NCBI RefSeq assembly: GCF_018350175.1
Contig: NC_058368.1
Span: 53,384,001-53,448,000 of the forward strand
Reading direction: 5' to 3'
Origin: Felis catus
Lineage: Eukaryota
Length of the DNA: 64,000 bases
Positions 49,105 to 60,546 of the stretch are shown in pieces (position 1 is the first letter of the stretch; each line of letters begins with the position of its first letter). Below the pieces are notes generated by a model that made no database searches, had not been told where the DNA came from, and saw only the letters and a list, made by a program, of their open reading frames with translations. Made by a program: the position numbers and the translations under genes.

Positions 49105-49235
49105 TAGTTATTGTGGTAATCATTTCACAATATATGTAAGGCAAGGCATTATGCTGTGTACCTTAAACTTATGCAGTGCTGGATGTAGGTTATTTCTCAG
49201 TAAAATTTAAACAAAATAAAAACAACAACAAAAAA
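49105..49235 (+). mobile_element. short carnivore L1 3' terminus
   Basis: tattgtggtaatcatttcacaatatatgtaag, taccttaaactta, A-rich tail. Confidence 0.75.
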
Positions 49236-49470
49236 AGTTATCATCTTTCAGAGATACATACTAAAACGTACATAGACAAAATGAAATAATGTCTGAAATT
49301 TGCTTCAAAATAATCCAATGGAGGCCAGGGTTGAGAGAAGGCAGGTTATAGATAAAGATTGGTTATTAATTGATAATTGTTGAAACTACCTGATGAACCC
49401 AGGAAGATTTATTATATCAGTCTCTCTACTTCTGAGCAAATTGTGATTTTTCATTATACAAAGTTTGTTT
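49236..49470 (+). mobile_element. L1MC/ME-like 3' UTR (continues 47080-47190)
   Basis: gagatacatactaaaa, tttgcttcaaaataatcca, ttgataattgttgaa. Confidence 0.65.
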
Positions 49471-49510
49471 TAATCAGAGTTTGATCTATTAAGTATTTAA
49501 AAAGATAACA

Positions 49511-49710
49511 GGGTTGCCTGGGTGGCTCAATAGGTTAAGCATCTGACTGTTGATTTCAGCTCAGGTTATGATCTCACAGTTCATGAGTTTGAGTCCCTCA
49601 TCAGGCTCTTTGCTGACAGTTTGGAGCCTGCTTGGGATTCTCTCTCTCCTTCCCCCCACCCCTCCCTCTATATCAAAATAAATAAATAAACTTTAATAAA
49701 TTAATAAATA
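49511..49710 (+). mobile_element. Can-SINE
   Basis: head, core and tail present. Confidence 0.93.
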
Positions 49711-50026
49711 ATAGAGAGATAAATGAACAAATAAGTGAGAAGATAACATTTGTTAGATATGATAGGAGTAAGTTTTCACTTAATGCGGAAAAGAAAAATG
49801 TGAAATAAAACATTTGTATCACACTCACATATCATTTTTCTTACATTTGATCCTTACTATAGATGATTAGTTTAGTTCTGAAATAATATTAAGTTTGTAG
49901 TATACTATAAAAAAGATTTCTGTTACCAAAAATTGAGTAATTTATTGAATAAAATGGAGGCAAAAAACATAACTCATGAATTAATGCATAATCCAAACAT
50001 GCCACTTTCTGCCTAAAGCCATAGTA

Positions 50027-50195
50027 CAGCTCCATCCAACAGAACTTTCTGCAATAATTAAAATGTTCTATATCAGCTCTATACAATGTTGTAGCCACTA
50101 GCCACATATGGCTATTGAGCTGGCTGGTGTAACCAAGTGGCTTGTGGGACTGGGAAATGGAAATTTAAATTTTATTGATTTTCACTTGTATTTTT
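50027..50195 (+). mobile_element. MER3 (hAT-Charlie) fragment
   Basis: tccaacagaactttctgcaat, gtagccactagccacatatggctattgagc. Confidence 0.85.
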
Positions 50196-50479
50196 AAGCA
50201 CTTTTCATTATATCTGAAAAATTATGTTTTTCAGTGAAAATGTATATCCCTTGGACAAGTGAAAAATAAAATTATAAACTTAGTCCCACCATATATTAAA
50301 AATTATATAATTAGAAGTCCTACTATGTGACCTAAAATACTTTATAGTATTTATAGTACTTTATAGTATGTTAAAATTTAAACAGAAGGCTGTATAAATA
50401 ATCTATAAATAATATTACAGATTTTAAGAGTAGTTAATTATTGTATTTGCCTTGTTTAGGATTTCAGTATTTAGCATAC

Positions 50480-50700
50480 CAAATATGCACTTAATAATTT
50501 TGTGTGTATTTAATGTGTTGTAGGTTAACACATTTAATTCTTATACCAATCCTATCAGGTAGGTACACTATTTATATTACCATTTTTCAATGAAGAAACT
50601 GAGACACAGAGAAGAAATAACTTACTCAAGTTAATGCTAGCAACTGGTGGGACTAGGATTTGAACACAAAAATTTGGCTTAGGTCTACATTCTTAATTGC
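50480..50700 (-). mobile_element. MIR
   Basis: MIR core atgaagaaactgagacacagaga. Confidence 0.75.
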
Positions 50701-51182
50701 TTTGTATGTTTCGTCTCTTGAAATAAGTTACCAGGAAAGGAGTTAAGAAAGAATAATTAGTTAGTTGTTAAAAACATGTTCATAAATTTAGAGATTTTCA
50801 TCACCTTGGAAAAATTGTATGTAAAGTATTATAAGTTCTAGTGGAAAAGGATATAAAATTGAATATAGAGTATCATTGACTATGTTTACTCTCTCCATTA
50901 GCCCCCTAAAAAAACTATGTCCAGGAAAAGAAATCAGAAATAAATATTTTGTCTTTTTTTTTATACATACAGATTTCTAAAATTAAAAAAATGTTAATTA
51001 TAAAACTTTATTATAATCATAAAGCATACTTAAAATTTCTTTATGGTATAAATTAATATTTTATATCAGATAAAATAAAAAAACTATATTATTATAAAAG
51101 TTCATAAAAAATTTGTCTGAATCGTTTGGTTGTTCATTTTCCCAGATGCTAACTCTGAGAATTAGTTCAGTCTGAAGATGCT

Positions 51183-51409
51183 TTTATTTATTTATTTATT
51201 TTTTAAATTTTTTTTTCCAACGTTTTTATTTATTTTTGGGACAGAGAGAGACAGAGCATGAACGGGGGAGGGGCAGAGAGAGAGGGAGACAGAGGATCTG
51301 AACCAGGCTCTGTGCTGACAGCAGTGGGCAGGATGCAGGCCTCAAACTCACAAACAGTAAGATCGTGACCTGAGCCAAATGCTTAACTGACTGAGCCACC
51401 AGGTGCCCC
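51183..51409 (-). mobile_element. chimeric Can-SINE (young 3' half, old 5' half)
   Basis: SINEC_Fc-type tail joined to a diverged head; no TSD visible. Confidence 0.85.
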
Positions 51410-51599
51410 AAGTGATTTGCACACTTTAGAAGTCAAAAATACCTTTTGCGTATGCCATATGTATATGACCTGAGATGACTTTTTCACAAAGCAGGTGATG
51501 CAGGAGATACATTGAGTACGTTAGTCTGGACTTCTGAGATGAATGGCACAGACTCTTGAATTGTTTGCCATCAACATGAATCATTATGTTACTAGCTAC

Positions 51600-51795
51600 C
51601 CTTTATTTAATAGCAATTATATGACAGGCACTACACTAGGTATTTTGTTATCTTATTAAATCCTTACCCCAGTGAGGTGGGTAATTTCATTTCCATTTTA
51701 CAAGTGGGGAAATTAATATGCAACGGGAAAATTCAACTTGACCAGAGTCAGTTGCTATGTAAGTGACAGACTCAGCTTTCAAATTCAGGCCTACC
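51600..51795 (-). mobile_element. MIR
   Basis: ccattttacaagtggggaaatt, aacttgaccagagtca. Confidence 0.65.
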
Positions 51796-51821
51796 AGGAC
51801 TGGTAATTGTGAAAATTAAAT

Positions 51822-52382
51822 AAAATAACCCAAGTGGAAACAACCCAAATGTCCACTGATGGATGAATGGATAAATAATATGTGATATATACATACAATG
51901 TATATACATACAATGTATATACATACAATGTATATACATACAATATACAATACAATATACAATGTATATACATACAATGTATAATTCAGTGTTAAAAAAA
52001 AATGAAATTCTGACACATACTATGACGTAGATAAACCTGAGGACATTATACTCAGTGAAATAAGCCAGACGCAAAAGGATGAATCTATGATTCTACCTAC
52101 ATGAAGTACTTAGAATAGTCACATTCATAGAGATAGTAGTGCTTGCTAGGAGCTAGGAGGAGAGGGGAATGGGGAATTCGAATTTCATGGGTACGGAGTC
52201 TCACTTTGGAATAATGGAAGAGTTCTGGAGATGAATCATGGTGGTGGTTGCATAACAGTGTGAAAGTATGGACTGTACCCTTAAAAATAGTTAGAAGGGT
52301 AAATTTTATGTATATTTATGTGTTACGTTATATGTTATATGTATATGTATAAATATATGTTATGTATAATAAAAAGTAACTT
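51822..52382 (+). mobile_element. L1MB-like 3' end
   Basis: aagtggaaacaacccaaatgtccactgatggatgaatgg, cctgaggacattatactcagtgaaataagccagac. Confidence 0.85.
51886..51982. repeat. 15-bp minisatellite (tatatacatacaatg)n
   Basis: about five full or near-full units plus partial units. Confidence 0.95.
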
Positions 52383-52394
52383 AGGAAAACTCTT

Positions 52395-52479
52395 CTTTTT
52401 GTTTTTAGAGAGAGAGAAAAAGAAAGTGTGAGCTGGGAAGAGGGATGGGGTGGGGGGAGGGGGAGAGAGAGAGAGAGAC

Positions 52480-52524
<45 letters not shown>

Positions 52525-52647
52525 CTTAAGCAGGCTCCATGCTCAGCACAAAGCCAGACATGGGGCTGGATTCCAAGACCCTGGATCAGGACCTGAACTG
52601 AAATGAAGAGTTGGGTGCTCAACCGACTGAACCACCCAGGTGCCCCC
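52395..52647 (-). mobile_element. Can-SINE
   Basis: antisense copy with (GA)n. Confidence 0.93.
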
Positions 52648-52664
52648 CCCCACCCCACTGCACC

Positions 52665-52807
52665 TTTTTTTTAATAGGCTTTATAACCAGTACAGAGCAC
52701 AGCACAGGGCTTGAAATCACAACCCTGAGATCAGCACTTGAGCTGAGATCAAGACCTGAGCTGAGATCAGGCGTTGGACACTTAACTGACTGAGCCACCC
52801 AGGCACC
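52665..52807 (-). mobile_element. short Can-SINE
   Basis: antisense; repeated tgagctgagatca units. Confidence 0.85.
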
Positions 52808-52848
52808 TCATGAAAATTCTTTTTAATTCATTTCTTTGGTGGGGGGTG

Positions 52849-53024
52849 GGGGTGTCTGGGTGGCTCAGTTGGTTAAGCAGCAGACTTCAGCTCAGGTCAT
52901 GATCTCAATGTTTCTGAGTTCACGCCCTGCATCAAGCTGTGTGCTGACTGCTCAGAGCCTGGAGCCTGCTTCAGATTCTGTGTCTCCCTTGCTCTCTCTG
53001 CCTTTCCCCAGCTTTTGCTCTCTG

Positions 53025-53058
<34 letters not shown>

Positions 53059-53080
53059 TCTGTCTCTCTCTCAAAAACAT
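52849..53080 (+). mobile_element. Can-SINE
   Basis: head, core, CT tract. Confidence 0.93.
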
Positions 53081-53271
53081 TTTTTTTAAATGCTTATTTA
53101 TTCATTTTGCGGGGGGGGGGGGGAGGAATGGGCAGAGAGATAGAAAGAATCCCAGTCTCTGCACTGGCAGTGCAGAGCCCAATGCAGGGCTCGAACTCAG
53201 AACTGTGAAATCATCACCTGAGCCAAAATCAATAGTTGGACACTTAACCGACTGAGCAACCCAGGAGCCCC
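53081..53271 (-). mobile_element. Can-SINE
   Basis: antisense; TSD cctcatgaaaa(t/c)tctt encloses this and the preceding SINE. Confidence 0.9.
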
Positions 53272-53369
53272 CTCATGAAAACTCTTAAGTAGAGTTATAG
53301 CCCATTATAGAACCAGTACAAGGTTGAGAATCACGAGACTCTATCTGCAATAATAAATGAAAGTGGGGC

Positions 53370-53592
53370 GGGGCGCCTGAGTGGGTCAGTCAGTTAGGCA
53401 TCTGACTCTTGGTTTGGGCTCAGGACATGACCTCATGGTTTTGTGGGTTCGAGCCCTGCATCAGCCTCAGAGCTGACGGTGTGGAGCCTGCTTGGAATTC
53501 TCTGTCTCCCTCTCTCTTCTGCCCCTCCTCCACTCTCACTGTCTCTGTCTCTTTCTCTCTCAAAATAAATAAATAAACTTAAAAAAAAAAAA
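53370..53592 (+). mobile_element. Can-SINE
   Basis: TSD aaagtggg. Confidence 0.95.
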
Positions 53593-54797
53593 AGTGGGAA
53601 GGAGATCATTAGTGAGATGCTATTTAAGTGGTCAGACCTAGTTCTATTTACATTTCGTATAAACCAGGAAAATATTCATGGAGAAATACTAGAGACTTTC
53701 TAAACCTCATTTACAAAGTATGGCATTTTTTGTTATCTCTTGAAATATTTTTTTTTTGATGTTAAAAATTCTTAAGAAACAAGACAACATTCTATGAATG
53801 GATATACTATGCATCTGTTGCATGGCAATCAAATGGAGGCTTCAATCAATTACAGTCAACAAGTCAATAATGAGGGCCTACTTTATGCAAGGACCCATAT
53901 TAGGTACTGAAAGCAAACACATACATCCTATCCTCTGTAGCCAGTGCTTGTAGGCAGGGGAAGTGAGCATACATAAAAAGCTGTAAAAAAGACAGGCGAG
54001 CAGGCCAAGTGGCTAAAGCCTTTGAAAGGAAGTTGAAAAGACGAGGCAGATAGACAGTGTGGCACTGTGACAGACATGCACACACTCACTCGCTGAAACC
54101 AAAGGTCAGACTTAAAAAAAAAAAAAAATCCAAATAGACCAGATGCTGATGGATAGTTTTGCACTAATTTATTCCTCCTGTCACTATTTTAGGATATGAT
54201 TTTTCACCTTCTACTCCTGGCATTTTAAACACGTGCGTAAGAGAAGGCAGAAAGTGAAGCAAATTACCTATATCTGTCACTTGCCTGAAGCCTACTTCCT
54301 AACTCTGAGAAGAGTGAAAAGGGATATATGTGTATATATGAAGGACCCATTATCTCCGAAAAAATGAGTTACTGCAAGTCCCAAATAAACGCAGGTAATT
54401 AAATAGAAAAAAAAGCAAATGACCAGATCAACAAAACGATCTCCACATGATTAATAACGATATCAAAAAGGAGTTCGACTTTATTAATCATCAGAGAAGT
54501 CAAAATTGAAATCACAGTGAGATACAACTATCTTCCCATCATGATGGTCTAAATAAAAAAGACACCATACCAAATGTTTGTGAGGCTGTGGCTCAGCTGG
54601 AATTCTCATACATCAATGAGAGGAGGGGATATTGGTATAATCATTTTGGAAAACTGGCAGTACCTACTCAAACTGAACATATACGTACTCTAAAATCTAT
54701 CACATACACTTGTGGGAGTATACTCAGCAGAAATAAGTACATGTATTTACTGAAATATGTACAAGAATATTGTTAGCAGTGTTGGCCCTAGTAGCCT

Positions 54798-55254
54798 TGT
54801 GATGGGTTCAATTGTGCCTCTCCCTACCCCCAACTTACATGTTGAAGTCTTAACTCCCAGTGTCTCAACTGGGGCCTTATTTGGAAATAGGGTCATTGCA
54901 GATGTTCTTAAGGTGAGGTCATAGTAGGGTGTGGCCCTAACCTGACTAATGACCTTTTAGAAGGGGAGACTTTGGATACAGACACACACACAAGGAGAAT
55001 GCCTTTGTAAAGATGAAGACAGAGATTGGGGTGATGCTTCTACAAGGCAAGGAGCACCAAAGTTTGCCAGAAATCCTCCAGAAGCTAGGAGAAAGGCATG
55101 GAATAGATTCTTCCTTACATCTCTCCAAACAAGCCAATCCCGATGACACTTGATCTCAGATGTCCATCCTCTAGAACATGAGATAATACATTTCTGTTGC
55201 TTAAGCCACTCAGTTTGTGATACTTAGTTATGGCAGTTCTAGGAAACTAATATG
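54798..55254 (+). mobile_element. MLT1C-like MaLR solo LTR
   Basis: ccttatttggaaatagggtcattgcagatg, gagattggggtgatgcttctacaag, tttctgttgcttaagccactcagtttgtg; TSD agcc(t/c). Confidence 0.88.
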
Positions 55255-55696
55255 AGCCCCAAATTAGATGCAACCCAAATTTCAATCAGCTGTATTTATT
55301 CAGCAAAACAGGTAATTAAGATATGATATATTCTTGCAGTGAAATACTGCACAGCAACAAAATGAACTAGCTACACCTATACTCAACTGTGTAAATAAAA
55401 CTTACAAATATAAAGTTAAGCAGAAAAATCAGACTCAGAAGAGTACATATACTATGATTCCATGTATATAAAAGTCAAAACTATAAATTAGTCCAAACTA
55501 CCATATGGTGTTAAAAGTCAGGATTATGGTTACTGTTTGTCTGGGAGAAGACACAGGAATTAGGCCAAGGGTTTTTCTGAGGTTCTGGAACTATTCCATT
55601 TCTTAATATGGGTTCTGGTTGCATGGATTTTTTAGTTTATGTAAAATCTGTGAGCTGTATGTACACTTATGAAATGCATACAAGTATGTATATTTC

Positions 55697-55913
55697 TTTT
55701 TCTTGTAATGTTTATTTATTTTTGAGAGAGAGAGAGACCGAGCATGAGCAAGGGAGGGGCAGAGAGAGAGAGATGGAGACACAGAATCCAAAGCAGGCTC
55801 CAGGCTCTGAGCTGTTAGCACAGAACCTGACATGGGGTTCGAACCCATAAACTGCAAAATCATGACCTGAGACGAAGTTGGACACTTAACTGACTGAACT
55901 ACCCAAGCACCCC
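55697..55913 (-). mobile_element. Can-SINE
   Basis: TSD caagtat(g/a)ta(t/c)atttc. Confidence 0.95.
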
Positions 55914-55999
55914 AAGTATATACATTTCAATAAAAAGTTGTTAAAGTAAACAAACAAACAAACAAAAACAACAAAAACAAACAGAAAATTCCTTTTACC

Positions 56000-56158
56000 T
56001 CAGTTGTTGGTGACCTTTGGTAAATTTCTTGAGACTCTAGGTCTCAGTTTTCTGATATATAAAGTGGTAGTAACAATAACACTTATTGCATACGTTTGTT
56101 GTAAAAGATATGATGCACTTAGCAAACTGGCAGCATTTAATGAATGTTAGCTATTATA
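56000..56158 (+). mobile_element. MIR
   Basis: gtgacctttggtaaatttctt, ctcagttttctgatatataaa, gaatgttagctattat. Confidence 0.65.
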
Positions 56159-56494
56159 ACCATAATTATAATGATTGACAAACATACTTCTGGATAAACA
56201 AATGACATATTTTCTATGGTTACACATATTGGAGTCTTTTATTTATTTTAGGATGACTCCTGCAGAGCATACGCCCAGACACTTAGCTTAGAAAAAATAA
56301 GATGTGGCCAAGTTGGGAGGCCTAACCAGCTTCTGGGTTCTTTCAGCAAGTCTCCATCTTCTCCGAACTATAATATTTATTCCACATTTTAAGTATAAAA
56401 GGTATTAAACATCACTTTTTTTTTCTCTTGCAGTCACTAGAAAATGAAAGAAAGGAAAAGAACCTCCAGGATTAATATTACTTCTTATTTGTAT

Positions 56495-56645
56495 GGCTAC
56501 ATTTCATTTGAGCTTCACAACAGCCTGTGAGACAGAGAGAGAAGGCATTTGTATTCTGATATTTAAGAGGAGAAAACCAGCTCAGCAGGTTAAGTGACTT
56601 GCCTAGGAGCCACACTGTTATGATATTCAGAGTTGGGACCAAAGC
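56495..56645 (-). mobile_element. MIR
   Basis: MIR core aggttaagtgacttgcctagg. Confidence 0.7.
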
Positions 56646-56691
56646 TATGAGAAAATTAGGCAGATAATTCAGGAAGTAAAAGAAGGAGGGT

Positions 56692-56905
56692 GGGGCGCCT
56701 GGGTGGCTCAGTTGGTTAAGCACCTGATTCCGGCTCAGGTCATGATCTCACGGTTTGTGGGGTCAAGCCCGCCTCAGGCTCTGTGCTGACAGCTCAGAGC
56801 CTGGAGCCTGCTTCAGATTCTGTGTCTCCCTCTGTCTCCACCCCTTCCCTGATCACACTCTGTATCTCTCTCTCAAAAAATAAACATTGAAAATTTTTTT
56901 TAAAA
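56692..56905 (+). mobile_element. Can-SINE
   Basis: TSD aaggagggt. Confidence 0.95.
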
Positions 56906-56954
56906 AAGGAGGGTAATTTAAGATGAATAGTAAGAGAACCTTTGCTTGAGCAAT

Positions 56955-57345
56955 GATGGCAAATGGAACTTTCTGTGATGATGCAAGTGTTCTTTATTTG
57001 CCTTGTCCAACACAGTAGCTGTTAAACATTTATGGTTAGGGGCGCCTGGGTGGCGCAGTCGGTTAAGTGTCCGACTTCAGCCAGGTCATGATCTCGTGGT
57101 CCATGAGTTCGAGCCCCGCGTCGGGCTCTGGGCTGATGGCTCGGAGCCTGGAGCCTGTTTCTGATTCTGTGTCTCCCTCTCTCTCTGCCCCTCCCCCATT
57201 CATGCTCTGTCTCTCTCTGTCCCAAAAAAAATAAATAAACGTTGAAAAAAAAATAAAAAAAAAAAAACATTTATGGTTAGTATCACTGAAGAACCATGTT
57301 TTTAATATTAGTTTAAATGTAAATGATCACCTATAGCTATCATAT
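56955..57345 (+). mobile_element. MER3-like element split by a SINE
   Basis: gaactttctgtgatgatg, tgtccaacacagtagc; resumes after the SINE. Confidence 0.6.
57039..57264 (+). mobile_element. young SINEC_Fc
   Basis: perfect TSD aaacatttatggtta at 57024-57038 and 57265-57279. Confidence 0.97.
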
Positions 57346-57622
57346 GTATGTGCAATGTATATCATTTCCAGGAATCATGGCAAAGTCCCATGGTCAAGGG
57401 GTTGGGGCGGCACTGAGAGCTGGCATCCTGTTCACTGTATGTGTTTAGGTCATCTTATATCCCAACCTTATCTGAATGGGCATGCTTGTATGGGATTGGG
57501 ATTGTTTAGTTTTTAAGCTTGCATGCAAGCTGTAACTTTAGTTGTAACTAATGTTAGGTATCTATTGTATTTTCAAAGACTATCTTTTTGGAGGGCTCAT
57601 TTATTGTATGTTAAAAAGTAGA

Positions 57623-57761
57623 CTTTCATGGGGAACCTGGTGCTAAACCATTTGTAGACGACCTGCTTCTGCTTCTGCATCAGGGTTTCATACTTAGCAG
57701 AGCAGATCTCTCACTGTGATCTATTCAAAGTCAGGCCTCAACGAAAGGGTTTGAAAAAAAA
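57623..57761 (+). pseudogene. 28S rRNA 3'-terminal retrocopy (SINE28-like)
   Basis: ggggaacctggtgctaaaccatttgtagacgacctgcttct through gatctattcaaagtcaggcctcaacgaaagggtttg matches the last ~125 nt of mammalian 28S rRNA; A tail follows; heavy CpG decay. Confidence 0.93.
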
Positions 57762-57773
57762 TATATATGAAGA

Positions 57774-57895
57774 GGGGCACGTGGCTGGCTCAGTTGGAAG
57801 AGCATGTGACTCTTGATCTTGGGGTCAGGAGTTTAAGCCCCACGTTGGGTGTATAGATTATACTAAAAAATATATATATAAACTTTAAATAAAAG
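57774..57895 (+). mobile_element. short Can-SINE
   Basis: ggggcac head, gttgggtgtatagatta, A-rich tail. Confidence 0.88.
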
Positions 57896-57903
57896 GAAAA
57901 AGA

Positions 57904-58125
57904 GGGGCCCCTGGGTGGCTCAGTCAGTTAAGTGTCGACTCTTGATTTTGGCTTAGGTCATGATCTCATGGTTTGTGAGTTCAAACCTCATTACGGGCTC
58001 TGCAGGAACAGTGCAGAGCCTGCTTGGGATACTTTCTCTCTGCCCCTTCCCCTACCCCTCAAAATAAATAAATAAGTAAACAAATAAATAAATAAACAAA
58101 TACATGAATAAATAAATAAATAAAA
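57904..58125 (+). mobile_element. Can-SINE with (AAAT)n tail
   Basis: head, core and tail present. Confidence 0.93.
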
Positions 58126-58771
58126 AGGACAAGAGACAAAACAATATTTAATATGTTTATAAAATTTTTAAAAAACACACAAAAAGGACAAAAAAAAGTA
58201 GATGTTTTACTTGTTCTGAAGCAGCAACCCCTGAAAGAATTAGCAACAATCTTAAAATTTATCCTGTTTGGTGGCAATACATTTCACTATAATATTTCTT
58301 CCAAAAGAAATGTTGACATGTTGAGTTCATGATGCGTTGGAGTTCTAGATTTATTTTTACTAGTAATGTTTTGGAGGGCCGTTTCTTGTTGGATGTGGTA
58401 GGAACAGTCAATGGGGTATTTTTTAATGTTTTATAAGTTACCACATTTGAACTAAGCTGGAAGTGGAGTGGTAGTTTCACAGATAATCACTTCAAGGCAC
58501 ATTTACCTCTCTCAGCCTTAGTTTCGGTATCTCCAAAATGAAGGTTTTGGAATAGGTGACAAGGAAGATCCCCTGAAATGCTAAAATTTTATTAATCCAT
58601 GAAAACACACATTTCTCTCTTTTTCAGACATTTGGGCTTTAAGGAAATTTCAGTGACCTGTGAGCCAAATCATCTGTTGTGTTCAAACTGAAGGAATTAA
58701 ATTTGATTTTCTATTCTATGTGCTATATTTGTAAGTACACGTGTGTTTTTCGCAGCATTTATGCTTTTGTT

Positions 58772-58992
58772 TTTTTTTTAATTTTTAAATGTTTTATTTA
58801 TTTTTAAGACAGAGAGAGACAGAGCATGAGTGGGGATGGGGCAGAGAGAGAGGGAGACACAGAATCTGAAGCAGGCTCCAGGCTCTGAGCTGTCAGCACA
58901 GAGCCCAACGCAGGGCTTGAACTCACAAACTGTGAGATCATGACCTGAGCTGAAGTCGGATGCTCAACAGACTGAGCCACCCAGGCACCCCC
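58772..58992 (-). mobile_element. Can-SINE
   Basis: TSD atgcttttgttttt. Confidence 0.95.
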
Positions 58993-59023
58993 ATGCTTTT
59001 GTTTTTAAAAGTCAGTATCTGGA

Positions 59024-59381
59024 TGCTATCATCTGAATGTTTGTATCTCTCCCCTTCCCCCTCCCCAAATTCAAATATTGAAAATCTAATGCTGAAGTTG
59101 ATGGTATTAGGAAGTGGATCTTTAGGAGGTGATTAGGTCCAGAGGCATTGGATTAATGTCCTTTTAGTCCCTAGATAGATCCCTCAGGACCCCTTCTGCC
59201 ATGTGAGGATACAATGAGAACCTGGCAGGATGAAACCTGCATGGGGTCCCTCACTAGAACCCAACCATGCTGGTATCCTGATTTTTGCCTCCCAGCCTTG
59301 AGAGCTGTGAGAAATAAATTTCTGTTTATAAGCCACCCAGTCTATGGTATTTTGTTACAGCAGTCTAAACACACTAAGACA
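59024..59381 (+). mobile_element. MLT1A-like MaLR solo LTR
   Basis: TG...CA termini with perfect 5-bp TSD ctgga; gtgagaaataaatttctgtttataagccacccagtctatggtattttgtta. Confidence 0.92.
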
Positions 59382-60546
59382 CTGGATAAAGAAGATTTGA
59401 GCTTGATGTCTTTATTGGGGAAATCATGCCAGATTTCTCAGTGATCATTCTTCATAAGGAGAATTTATAGACATTTCATGGGAGCTTCACATATTTTTGA
59501 CAGGTGAAGTGAAATAGTATAAATATTTTATTTTTTCTATGATATCTAGCATATATAAAACAACTCCTTTTTTTCATTATCTTGACTTACTTAGGCTCTG
59601 TAAGGCCATTAAGTTTGTTTGTTTGTTTTTCCCTATTTGAATCTTAAGGCCAGGAAATGGGTATGAATTTCTTCTTAATTATGGAAAGGCAGCATCTTGT
59701 AAGTCACTCTGTCTAAATACTTTCATCATTTTGTCCCTTCAGATATTGAATGCCCTTTATCCTCACTACTGAAACGAGGCACCTTTATCATACGGCAACC
59801 TTATTGGTAATGTTGTACAATGTTGTTAATAGCGAAGTGGCATTCTGACTTCAGATGATTTAACAAATGAGGCCTGGTTCCTGTTACAGAAGGAGAGCAA
59901 ACAATGTCTTAGATGTTACGAAAATCTTGATATATAAGAGACATTTGTCTCTCCTAGTATTTTATACACACACACAAACACACACACCCCTACATGCACA
60001 CAAACATAGTATTTGTCTTCTTCCATGATCATCTTGGCGGTAGTTAGTCAAGAGAAACCTGTCATAATAGGCAATGTACTCAGTGCCAGTTCTGCTCTTC
60101 TATGATGAAAGTGATTATCAGGCTTGCAGAGAAAACAGGAGACAAATAACACATAAAATCCTGCCTTAAAATGGTCAAAGAACAGCCTTCTGTACTCAAG
60201 GTAAAGCAAAGAACATTTTAATAATTTATGAATTAGCCCAATTTTAAATACGTAATCCCTAAGGCAAAATGGCTGTTGATTTGATTTGCTCATGACTAAA
60301 CAAAAATGAAAATGATAAATAAAAGTAGTGTTAGACAGCTTATCAAAATTCAAATATTTTCTAATTGTTGCCTGGTGATGCCTCCATATATATAACAGTA
60401 TGTATTTAAAATAAAGCTGATAGGAAATACTTATTATGGAAATTTATTTTAATCTCTAAGCTAACTCTCTGTACTTCGTTCTCTCTTCTGTTTCTCTCTC
60501 TCTCTATTTTATAGAGACAGTTTCAGCTTGTAGTATTTAATAAACA

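Larger units (their letters stand above)
54365..55945 (+). mobile_element. old L1ME-like 3' region interrupted by an LTR and a SINE
   Basis: gaaatcacagtgagatac, ttttggaaaactggcagta, gagtacatatactatgattcca, aagtcaggattatggttac. Confidence 0.75.

Noticed and set aside
57623..57753. Functional rDNA unit
   Set aside because: Only the terminal ~130 nt is present, with CpG decay and an A tail and no other rDNA sequence.
59743..59812. Possible small exon after ttttgtcccttcag with a weak gtaatg donor
   Set aside because: The open frame (IECPLSSLLKRGTFIIRQPY) is not recognisable, and such splice-like matches are expected by chance in 64 kb.
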